Below, in pieces: positions 1-8,366 of a stretch of 64,000 nucleotides of DNA. Each line of letters begins with the position of its first letter. The first letter of the stretch is position 1. The notes under the pieces were generated by a model, which did no database searches, was not told where the DNA came from, and worked only from the letters and a program-made list of their open reading frames with translations. The position numbers and the translations under genes are program-made. Source of the stretch: an uncultured Chloroflexia bacterium (GTDB lineage Bacteria > Chloroflexota > Anaerolineae > JAAYZQ01); NCBI GenBank assembly GCA_963700285.1, contig CAVOXA010000001.1, forward strand, positions 384,001 to 448,000. Direction: 5' to 3'.

Positions 1-1
1 G

Positions 2-526
2 GGTCGAGGCTCCTATACCATTCTGCAGTTCGATGCGCACATTGACTGGCGGGATGAGGTCAACGGTGAGCGATACGGTCTGAGCAGTACCATGCGACGC
101 GCTTCCGAAATGCCCTGGATCGAGCGCATCATTCAGGTGGGCATGCGCTCAATGGGCAGTGCCCGGAGGGGTGAGGTTGAGGATGCGTTGGCCTGGGGAG
201 CAAAACTCATCACCGCCCAACAGGTCAATCGTGAGGGTGTCCAACCTGTGCTGGACTTGATCCCAGCCGGCAGCAGCGTCTTGGCGACCTTTGATTGCGA
301 TGTGCTCGATTCCAGCATCATGCCAGCCGTCATGTCTCCCACACCAGGCGGGCTCACCTATTGGGACGTCGTGGAAATCCTGCACGGCGTGGCGGCCAGG
401 TCCCACCTCACGGGTTTCAATCTGGTTGAGTTCATGCCCGGCAGGGACAGGGACGGGACATCTGCCCTAACAGCGGCACGCATCATCTTTAATGCCGCTG
501 CCCTACTTGCCCGCCAATCTGCCTGA
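2..526 (+). CDS. Agmatinase/arginase (ureohydrolase) family protein, 5'-truncated by window edge
   Basis: Frame open from base 2: ILQFDAHIDWRD (DAHxD motif), TFDCDVLD (DxD motif), PTPGGLT, NLVEFMP. Confidence 0.9.
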   Translation, partial: GRGSYTILQFDAHIDWRDEVNGERYGLSSTMRRASEMPWIERIIQVGMRSMGSARRGEVEDALAWGAKLITAQQVNREGVQPVLDLIPAGSSVLATFDCDVLDSSIMPAVMSPTPGGLTYWDVVEILHGVAARSHLTGFNLVEFMPGRDRDGTSALTAARIIFNAAALLARQSA

Positions 527-664
527 GCCGTAGATCGCATTTCTTGTTCATAGTGTGCGATTCATCGCGCCCTTGTTTGGCGCCGAAAGCCACACGCTGG
601 GCATGGCTTGCAGAACTGACCCAGCGAACTGGTGTTCCGCATTAGTAGAGGAGTTGCCGTGAGT

Positions 665-1210
665 ATGAAATGCTCAGCATACATTGCCGCCAGCGTTGAT
701 GGATTCATCGCCCGGCCCGATGGCGACATCGACTGGCTTCATAAGCCCGAGTATGCCACGCCGGATAGGGACGACTTTGGCTACGCTGATTTCATCAAGT
801 CGGTGGACATCCTGGTCATGGGAAGCGCAAGTTACGAAAAGGTACTGTCCTTCTCCGAATGGCCTTATGACGAGATTCCGGTTATCGTTCTGTCGAGCCG
901 TGACTTGGTCATTCCAAGCCGCCTACATGGCAAAGTCAGGATAAAGAACTCCGTCCCAGAAGAACTTGTTTCTGGACTGGGGGCTGAAGGAGCCAAGCAC
1001 CTCTATATTGACGGCGGTAGGACAATCCAAAGCTTCATGAAAGCCGGGTTGATCCACGAGATCACGATCACGCAAATACCTATTATTCTCGGCAGCGGCA
1101 TTCCCTTGTTTGGCTCCCTGGGGGTTGAACGATCATTGCTTCACCAGGTTACAAAATCCTTTGGCAACGGCTTTGTTCAAACGACCTATCAGGTGGTCTA
1201 CGCTACCTAG
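665..1210 (+). CDS. Dihydrofolate reductase / RibD C-terminal domain family protein
   Basis: YIAASVDGFIARPDG, LVMGSASYE, IDGGRTIQSF, PIILGSGIPLF; ATG 665 after GAGGAG. Confidence 0.88.
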   Translation: MKCSAYIAASVDGFIARPDGDIDWLHKPEYATPDRDDFGYADFIKSVDILVMGSASYEKVLSFSEWPYDEIPVIVLSSRDLVIPSRLHGKVRIKNSVPEELVSGLGAEGAKHLYIDGGRTIQSFMKAGLIHEITITQIPIILGSGIPLFGSLGVERSLLHQVTKSFGNGFVQTTYQVVYAT

Positions 1211-1347
1211 CGCGTCTGAGCCAGAGAGTACCCAATGATACTCACCAACACGATGCTCTGGGGCTCGCGGCCTTTGGTCTGTGCCAGGTCGGGGTTTGTC
1301 CCACTCTACAGTGACTCGGTTGTTGCCCAATTAGGAGGGTGTGAGAC

Positions 1348-2292
1348 ATGAACCAGGCACCTGACATTGAAGCGGCTCCGCTTCGTTATGCTGGCGTAGC
1401 CACGCTGCTGCAAAGGCCTCTGGTGAGCGATCCTTCGGGCGTGGATATCGCTCTGATTGGCGTTCCCTATGATGGTGCCACCGAAAACCGGCCGGGTGCC
1501 CGGCACGGCCCTCGGGAAATCCGCAACATGTCCAGCTTCACGCGTGCTGTCCATCACGTGACGCGCGTGAATCCTTACGAACTCGGCAACATCGCAGATC
1601 TGGGGGATGTGCCTTTTTCCAATCCATTTGACCTTCAACAATGCTTCACCGACATTACCCACTTCTATCGCAAGGTCTGTGCTGCCAGTGCGGTACCTTT
1701 GAGTGTTGGCGGCGACCACTCTATCACGTTGCCCATTTTACGAGCAGTTGCGGCTGAACGGCCAGTGGGCATGGTCCACATCGATGCCCACACCGATACG
1801 AGCGACCACGAATTCGGGCAAAAGTACACCCACGGCACGCCTTTCCGGCGAGCTATGGAAGAGGGTTTGCTTGACCCCAAGAGGACGATCCAGATCGGCA
1901 TTCGAGGAGCGCAGAACTCGGAGGAAAGCTGGCATAGCTCTGAGGATGCAGGCATTCGCGTCGTGTACATGGAAGAACTCACTTCCCTGGGCGTTGAGGC
2001 CATGCTTGACCAGGTAAGGCATGTGGTCGGTCAGGGACCGACCTACCTCTCCTTCGATATCGACAGCCTTGACCCGGCCTTTGCCCCAGGTACCGGGACA
2101 CCAGAGATAGGTGGCTTGACGCCCATCCAGGCACAGGCGCTAATACGAGGGCTGGCAGGGCTTGAACTGGTCGGTGGCGACGTGGTTGAGGTATCCCCAC
2201 CTTTTGATCCTACCGGGAATACGGCCCTCGTTGGCGCCACCTTGTTGTATGAGATCGTGTGTGTTCTGGCGGACGCTTTCGTCCGAAGGTAG
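1348..2292 (+). CDS. speB: Agmatinase-family ureohydrolase
   Basis: GVPYDG..RPGARHGP, GGDHSIT, HIDAHTD, HGTPF, SFDIDSLDPAFAPGTGTPEIGG; RBS AGGAGG; exact substrate uncertain. Confidence 0.85.
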   Translation: MNQAPDIEAAPLRYAGVATLLQRPLVSDPSGVDIALIGVPYDGATENRPGARHGPREIRNMSSFTRAVHHVTRVNPYELGNIADLGDVPFSNPFDLQQCFTDITHFYRKVCAASAVPLSVGGDHSITLPILRAVAAERPVGMVHIDAHTDTSDHEFGQKYTHGTPFRRAMEEGLLDPKRTIQIGIRGAQNSEESWHSSEDAGIRVVYMEELTSLGVEAMLDQVRHVVGQGPTYLSFDIDSLDPAFAPGTGTPEIGGLTPIQAQALIRGLAGLELVGGDVVEVSPPFDPTGNTALVGATLLYEIVCVLADAFVRR

Positions 2293-2452
2293 AGACTGAA
2301 GCAGCAGCGAACGCGCGTGCTCGCGTAAGGCTGATGCCTGGCTTCAGATGGCAGCTGAAAGGAATAATAGGAGGGAACAAGGCTGGCAGGCTTGTCTATG
2401 CTCAGCAGGGACGTGGCGAAGAGTGGACAGAAAGTGTAGCAGAGAGTCTGGG

Positions 2453-3328
2453 ATGAACTGGATACCGGTCATCATCAATCCTTCTGCGGGTCGAAAGACA
2501 GCGATTCTGGCCGAGCTAAACCAGGTCTTTCGGGCCGCCGGTATCCGCTGGTCCGTTGAGATCACCCAGGCAGAAGGTGATGGGATAGTACTTGCCCAGC
2601 AGCTTGTCGAGCAAGGGGCACATACTGTTGCAGTATACGGCGGTGATGGCACGATATGCGAGGTGGCAACGGGCCTTGCTAGCACCCAGGTGGCGCTTGC
2701 TCTTCTTCCTGGCGGCACTGGCAATGTGCTTGCCTACGAGTTCGGGATCCCTCGTGATTTTGTCGCAGCCGCACGTTTGCTTGTTTCCGAGCATGCTCTC
2801 CGTCTTGTAGATCTGGGAGCAATCGGAAACCGCAAATTCCTCTTGAGGGCCGGTGTGGGTTTGGAGGCAACTGCGATAGAACGAACCCCACGCGAGCTAA
2901 AAGATCGCTTTGGCCTATTGGCGTACGGCATTGGCGGTTTGCAGGCACTGATTGAATCTCGCCCGATGAGCTATGTTCTAGAACTGGATGGCAAGATCCA
3001 CGAGACACAGGGTTTGGTCTGCACGGTGGCAAATTCGGGTCACTTGGGATTACCTGGTTTGAGGTTGTCGCCCAAGATCGACATCGCGGACGGTCTGCTC
3101 GACGTAGTCGTCCTCCAGCATGTAGACCTTAAACTCATCGTGCAATTCATATCTGACAATGTTGGCGGCGCTCTTGAGCTGGGGGTACTTCAGCATTGGC
3201 AGGTCGCACATGCCAGCATACGGGTCGACCCTCCCCAGAGCGTTCAGGTTGATGGTGATTACCTGGGTATGACTCCGGTCGAGATACGCTGCCTTCCCCA
3301 TTCTCTCCATGTGGTCGTGCCGAAATAG
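2453..3328 (+). CDS. Diacylglycerol kinase (YegS/DAGK) family lipid kinase
   Basis: IINPSAG, GGDGT, LPGGTGN, DGLLDVVV, QVDGD motifs. Confidence 0.9.
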   Translation: MNWIPVIINPSAGRKTAILAELNQVFRAAGIRWSVEITQAEGDGIVLAQQLVEQGAHTVAVYGGDGTICEVATGLASTQVALALLPGGTGNVLAYEFGIPRDFVAAARLLVSEHALRLVDLGAIGNRKFLLRAGVGLEATAIERTPRELKDRFGLLAYGIGGLQALIESRPMSYVLELDGKIHETQGLVCTVANSGHLGLPGLRLSPKIDIADGLLDVVVLQHVDLKLIVQFISDNVGGALELGVLQHWQVAHASIRVDPPQSVQVDGDYLGMTPVEIRCLPHSLHVVVPK

Positions 3329-3375
3329 GTCCGCTCGCGCACATTCTGAGATTGTGTCCCCGCGTTGGCATGGTG

Positions 3376-3735
3376 CTACGCCGTGCGCGGCTGCAGGCTC
3401 AAGTACAGGCGTCGCAGCTCCAGGAACCCCACGCTTGCCATGGCCAGTCCGGCGAACCATCCCTGATAATCGCTGATCGCCTGGCTAGCCGCGCGCCACT
3501 GGCTGCCAAAGCAATAGCCCAGCCCGCCATAGAGTAGCAGCCAGCTCAGACGGCCGAGCACGTCCCCGGCCAGGTAGCGGCCGAAGGGAAAGTGGCTGCC
3601 GCCCGCGGCCAGGTTGGTGGGCACGTCGAGGCCGGTGAACAGAACCCGTATCATCCAGGACCGTTCCTGCCAACCCTACGGCGACAGCCATCGGCCAGTC
3701 CATAAGCCCCTGCCGGACAAAGGCCCTGGCAGCCG
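3376..3735 (-). pseudogene. DedA/VTT-family membrane protein remnant
   Basis: Pieces in two frames: RAFVRQGLMDWPMAVAVGLAGTVLDD and VPTNLAAGGSHFPFGRYLAGDVLGRLSW..YGGLGYCFG; no N-terminus, internal deletion. Confidence 0.55.
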
Positions 3736-3895
3736 ATACCAGCAGGCCTGATCGATGGCGATCAGAAAAAGGTTCGTACCCTCTAGCTGCTCCAGGACTG
3801 CTTGGCTGTCTTCTCTCCCTGTCAGCGCATTGCACAAGGGGGCGGTGAGCCGGTCTACGATCGCCGAGTCTCTGATCCATTTGCTGCAAAACAGC
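3730..3895 (-). pseudogene. Internal fragment of a MalT-like LuxR regulator
   Basis: SAIVDRLTAPLCNALTGREDSQAVLEQLEGTNLFLIAIDQACWYR resembles the conserved mid-region of MalT-type regulators. Confidence 0.55.
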
Positions 3896-3935
3896 GAATC
3901 ATGGTAGAATGCTGGAAGGCTGAAAGGAGCCACCG

Positions 3936-4661
3936 ATGAGCTCTTTGACCTCCAGGGCGTTCATCTTTGATATGGATGGCACCCTTGTCGACAATATGGC
4001 CTACCATACTCAGGCCTGGCTGGAGTTGTTTGCCGAGCTGGGGATTGAGATGGCACCTGGACGCCTTGCTCGTCTCATGGGCAGCCACACGACCTCGGAA
4101 CTGCTCAGGCACGTGCTTGGCGAGGGCATTTCTGGGAAAGAGATCGCCAGGTACTCGCAGCGCAAAGAGGTTATCTACCGTACAATCTATGGACCTCACC
4201 TCAGCGCAGTCGCCGGGGTCCATCACTTCCTGCGCGAAGCGCAGGCCTTGGGCATCCCGATGGCCGTGGCTACATCGGCTGGCAGACGCAACATCAAATT
4301 CACCCTGGATGGGCTGGGCCTCAAGGCCAGCTTTGACGCCATTGTCGGCGGCGATGACGTTCCTCAGGGAAAGAGCGGGCCGCAGATCTTTTTGACTACT
4401 GCCCAGAGGCTGGACATTGGCCCAGGGCAATGCCTGGTATTCGAGGATTCACAGTCCGGCGTCGAAGCAGCGCATCTCGCAGGGATGCACATTGTGGTCA
4501 TCGCTACAAATCCACAGGCTGAGGAATTCCGTGGCCTGCCCTCCGTCCTCGATGTGGTGAGCAATTTTAGTGGGTTGGATCCTGCCAACCTGGTCACCAC
4601 GATCGGGCACGCCGGAGAGTCAGGGGCCCACAGGCGTGGTGAACGAGCTGTTCCCGACTAG
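3936..4661 (+). CDS. HAD-superfamily phosphatase (beta-phosphoglucomutase/CbbY-like)
   Basis: FIFDMDGTL, VATSA, GKS..PQIF, VFEDSQSGVEAA. Confidence 0.9.
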   Translation: MSSLTSRAFIFDMDGTLVDNMAYHTQAWLELFAELGIEMAPGRLARLMGSHTTSELLRHVLGEGISGKEIARYSQRKEVIYRTIYGPHLSAVAGVHHFLREAQALGIPMAVATSAGRRNIKFTLDGLGLKASFDAIVGGDDVPQGKSGPQIFLTTAQRLDIGPGQCLVFEDSQSGVEAAHLAGMHIVVIATNPQAEEFRGLPSVLDVVSNFSGLDPANLVTTIGHAGESGAHRRGERAVPD

Positions 4662-4678
4662 AGAGGTGACTGTGCAAG

Positions 4679-5497
4679 ATGGGCAAAAGAGACGCACACA
4701 AACAAGACTTGGCCAGCCTCTTTGACGGCTTTGCAGCGACCGGTGATGCGGGAGACCTGACTGCCTACCTCTTGGCAAGCAGCAACCTGCCAGGCCCCAG
4801 GGGAAACCTGGAGTTGGCCCTGGCCTTCGGTGACGCTGTTGGGGAGCTGGCATGCTGCGATGCGCCGCTAGAGCCCATTTTGGCGCTGTGTGAGGGCATG
4901 ACAGGGATCTCGGCGGCAGAGGCTCCCGCCAACGATCCTCGCGAGTTCCTTCCTTTCTGCGGGGCAGTTGGGCTGGGAGCTATCGGTGCGGCCCGTGCGG
5001 AACGCTTTGATCTGGCATTGGGGGACCTCCGTGAACTGGCCCGCGATCCCCGCTGGCGGATGAGGGAAGCCGTGTGTTTTGGTCTGCAGCGTCTTTTGGC
5101 TGTCCGCAGCAAGGATACCCTGGCAGCCCTTGGGACCTGGGTGGCAGGCGGGCATCCCCTGGAGATGCGTGCCGTGGCGGCGGGCGTCGCTGAGCCCCCT
5201 CTGCTTCGGGACCCAGCGACGGCGATGATGGCCCTGCGACTGCACCAGGACATTATCTCCCATCTGCTGGACATGGAAGACCGCAGATCCGATGCCTTTC
5301 GCGCGCTGAGAAAGGGCTTGGGCTATTCTTTGAGCGTCGTCGTTTGTGCGGTTCCCCAGGAGGGATTCTCTTTCCTGGCCGAGTTGGCCGTGAACGTTGA
5401 TCGGGACGTCCGCTGGATCTTGAGGGAGAACCTGAAGAAGAACCGACTGGTCAAGAACTACCCTGCGGAGGTCAGTACGCTGAGAGCCTCTCTGTAG
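4679..5497 (+). CDS. HEAT/ARM-repeat protein (DNA alkylation repair enzyme-like)
   Basis: SNLPGPRGNLEL, LARDPRWRMREAV, DVRWILRENLKKNRL helical repeats. Confidence 0.65.
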   Translation: MGKRDAHKQDLASLFDGFAATGDAGDLTAYLLASSNLPGPRGNLELALAFGDAVGELACCDAPLEPILALCEGMTGISAAEAPANDPREFLPFCGAVGLGAIGAARAERFDLALGDLRELARDPRWRMREAVCFGLQRLLAVRSKDTLAALGTWVAGGHPLEMRAVAAGVAEPPLLRDPATAMMALRLHQDIISHLLDMEDRRSDAFRALRKGLGYSLSVVVCAVPQEGFSFLAELAVNVDRDVRWILRENLKKNRLVKNYPAEVSTLRASL

Positions 5498-5551
5498 ACG
5501 TGCGCGAAACGCCTTTGGGGCCTCTAGACAGGTGGAGACAAGGAGTCTGAA

Positions 5552-6466
5552 ATGCAAGAACAGAAACAAAAGCAGGTCGATCTTTTGGGCCCGGTACTGT
5601 TGATCGCCGTGGGCATTGTCCTTTTACTGAACGTGTTCGGGATCCTGGAATGGAGCGTGTGGTGGACAATCATCCAACTCTGGCCGGTATTCCTCATTGC
5701 GCTGGGTCTGGAGATTCTCATCGGTCGCCGCTCGATCTGGGGTTCTCTTCTGGTTGTGATACTGGTCATTGGTATCGCGGCAGGTGCTCTGTGGCTCAGC
5801 CGGGCTGATGTTATGGGAGAACACGCGACGGCTGGTCAAGAGATCAGCCAACCCTTGGAGGGCGTGTCCGAGGCGAGGGTAGTGGTCGAGCCTGGTGTGG
5901 GGGTGCTACGCATTCAGGTCTTACCCGAAGCGGCGAACTTGATCGAGGGCAGCCTCCAATTGGCCAATGGCGAGAAACTGGACCAGGTTTATTCTCGCGA
6001 CGGTGACCGGGCGACTCTTGAGCTGCGGACCACTCAGCACGGATGGAGCCCTTTCCCTGGCAGCTTTGGCCTGCAGCGGGCCTGGGATCTGGGGTTGAGC
6101 TCCGCGCCCCTGCTCCAGTTGAACACCAGTCTGGGGTTGGGAGAAGCCAGGCTGGATCTAACCGGCCTGGCACTCGGTGAGCTTCAAACGGACATGGGCG
6201 TCGGGTTCACAACGGTCACGCTGCCATCCCAGGGTCGCTTTCAGGCCAGCGTTGATGGGGCCGTCGGGATGACAACAGTCGTCATCCCCGATGGTCTGGA
6301 GGCCCGAATCCTTGCCGACAGCGGGATTGCGGTACGCGTGATGCCCGATGGCTACCAGCGTGATGGTGACGTCTATACCTCACCTGGCTATGACAGCGCC
6401 AAGGCTCGGGTAGACCTGACCGTGAGCCAGGCCATTGGTCTGCTTGAGGTACAGGCTCGAGACTAG
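5552..6466 (+). CDS. LiaF/LiaI-like (DUF5668) membrane protein with C-terminal beta-rich domain
   Basis: N-terminal TM segments with LWPVFLIALGLEIL; C-terminal LGLGEARLDLTGL..GVGFTTVTLP repeats. Confidence 0.75.
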   Translation: MQEQKQKQVDLLGPVLLIAVGIVLLLNVFGILEWSVWWTIIQLWPVFLIALGLEILIGRRSIWGSLLVVILVIGIAAGALWLSRADVMGEHATAGQEISQPLEGVSEARVVVEPGVGVLRIQVLPEAANLIEGSLQLANGEKLDQVYSRDGDRATLELRTTQHGWSPFPGSFGLQRAWDLGLSSAPLLQLNTSLGLGEARLDLTGLALGELQTDMGVGFTTVTLPSQGRFQASVDGAVGMTTVVIPDGLEARILADSGIAVRVMPDGYQRDGDVYTSPGYDSAKARVDLTVSQAIGLLEVQARD

Positions 6467-6516
6467 GAATCGTCGGTAGCCTGGGCTGTGGAGGGCAACA
6501 TCAAAAGGGAGAACTG

Positions 6517-7458
6517 GTGAGTGACAAGCTGTATTTGACTCTCAGGCGAGCCCTCATGCGCTTCTTTGTGCGGCGCTACTATGATGCGTCCTACCATCCG
6601 CTGGGATTGCAGGCTGACGGCCTCGGTGGCTATCTGGAAGAGCATCGCCTGGACGGTGTTCCCTGGATCGCGGCCCAGGAGGCGGTCTGCCAATCCACCA
6701 GCCTGCAGATGATCGCTGCCCAGCACGGCATAGTCCAACCCCGGCGGTACTTTGACTTTCTCATGGGCTTTACCTACGGCGCGAGCCAGATCCCGGGTGG
6801 CCTGGGATTCTATCCAGGTACGGATCCCGAACCTGGCTTTGTCATCGCCGCGCCCTACTTGGGCCTGGAGCGCCGCTTCTATGTCACCGACGATGCCGGG
6901 CTTTATCTCGATGCCCTGCGATACTACCTCTCGCAAGGATACCCGGTCCGCGTCGGATGGGACATGGCTGTTCTGTATGATGGCCTGGAGGCAGCGATTC
7001 CCCATAGCGACGTACTGGTAGGATACGACACAGGCGGCTTCTACTACTATGAGACGGTCTGGGCTCACAATGGCCACTCGCTCATCGGCGGTGCGCGGTA
7101 CGGCCCGCCACAGGGTGCTGACGTCATCGACAGACTGGCCAGCCAGATCGAGGTGCGAGGTACCAAGGTCGATGCCACGGAGATACAGCCTGGCCTGAAG
7201 ACAGCCATCTATGTGCGCCAGGAGAATGCCACTTACCTGCGGGAAGCGTTTCCGGGCGAGGCTGATCTGGAGAAAGCTGCCACGCTATTTGACCAGGCTT
7301 CGGATACCTATAGGGTATTGTTGGCAATCCTGGAAGATGGCATCGTGGACAGGGTGGAGGCGCGCCAGGTAGCCGGCCGTCTGCGCGCGGTTGCCGCTGC
7401 TGAGCGGGCCGCTGGAGAGATTCTACTGGCCCAGAGCCAGTGCTCGCAGTCTGCCTGA
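6517..7458 (+). CDS. Papain-fold (C39/BtrH-like) protein
   Basis: VPWIAAQEAVC (putative Cys), GYPVRV, HSDVLVGYD (putative His); start uncertain. Confidence 0.5.
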   Translation: MSDKLYLTLRRALMRFFVRRYYDASYHPLGLQADGLGGYLEEHRLDGVPWIAAQEAVCQSTSLQMIAAQHGIVQPRRYFDFLMGFTYGASQIPGGLGFYPGTDPEPGFVIAAPYLGLERRFYVTDDAGLYLDALRYYLSQGYPVRVGWDMAVLYDGLEAAIPHSDVLVGYDTGGFYYYETVWAHNGHSLIGGARYGPPQGADVIDRLASQIEVRGTKVDATEIQPGLKTAIYVRQENATYLREAFPGEADLEKAATLFDQASDTYRVLLAILEDGIVDRVEARQVAGRLRAVAAAERAAGEILLAQSQCSQSA

Positions 7459-7584
7459 CAACTGCAGACCTTGCTTAGGGTGGTTGGAACTCATTGGTCA
7501 GGCTTTCGTCCTTGTCTGGCGGAAAGCGTCCAGCGACCTGGAGAATACTGTTTCGACACTGTAGCTTTCATCAAGGAGGGAACC

Positions 7585-8232
7585 ATGACCAAACGCCTCG
7601 TACTCGTTGCTGGCAACATCGCCTCGGGCAAGACCTCGCTGACGGAGCGTCTGGGCTCGCGGCTGGGCTGGCGCACGGCCTTTGAGTCGGTGGTCGACAA
7701 TCCCTACCTGGCCGAATTCTACGCCGACATGGCCCAGTGGTCCTTCCACCTGCAGGTCTTTTTCCTGGGCCACCGGGCGGAGCAACACCTGGAACTGGCC
7801 AGCGGTCCGGAGTCGGCCATTGCCGACCGCAGCATCTACGAGGATGCTCACATCTTTGCCCGGGCCCTTTACCATCTGGGCAACCTGAGCGAACGTGACT
7901 TCCATGCCTATCGGGTCGTTTTCGAGCAGGTGGTCACTGGCTTGCCCCGACCTGATCTGTTGCTCTACCTCCATTGTCCGGTCCCTGTCCTTCTGGCGCG
8001 TATTGGGCGACGGGGGCGGGCCATCGAAACCGGTATCACAGGCGAATACTTGTCGCTGCTGGAAACCTTCTACGATGAGTGGCTGCTATCTTTTGACCTC
8101 TGTCCGGTGATCACCATTCGTACGGATGACCTGGACTTTGTCCACAGGTCCGGGCACCTGGATATCGTCGTGCAGCGAATCCAGGACCGGCTGGCGGGCA
8201 AGGAGGAGGTCGTCTTTCCCCCGCTCCAGTAA
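7585..8232 (+). CDS. Deoxynucleoside kinase
   Basis: P-loop GNIASGKTS, DRSIYED, PDLLLYL, RIGRRGR; RBS AAGGAGG. Confidence 0.92.
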   Translation: MTKRLVLVAGNIASGKTSLTERLGSRLGWRTAFESVVDNPYLAEFYADMAQWSFHLQVFFLGHRAEQHLELASGPESAIADRSIYEDAHIFARALYHLGNLSERDFHAYRVVFEQVVTGLPRPDLLLYLHCPVPVLLARIGRRGRAIETGITGEYLSLLETFYDEWLLSFDLCPVITIRTDDLDFVHRSGHLDIVVQRIQDRLAGKEEVVFPPLQ

Positions 8233-8366
8233 TCGCCAAGGCGAACGGCAGGTGACTTTGCTAGCCAGCTCAATCAATACCACCTAGCCCGCCGGCGCCT
8301 TGACGAGGATGGCGCAAACCACGATGGATGACAGGCTTGAGTCTCACAGTGGGCGCCTGCTATGGA

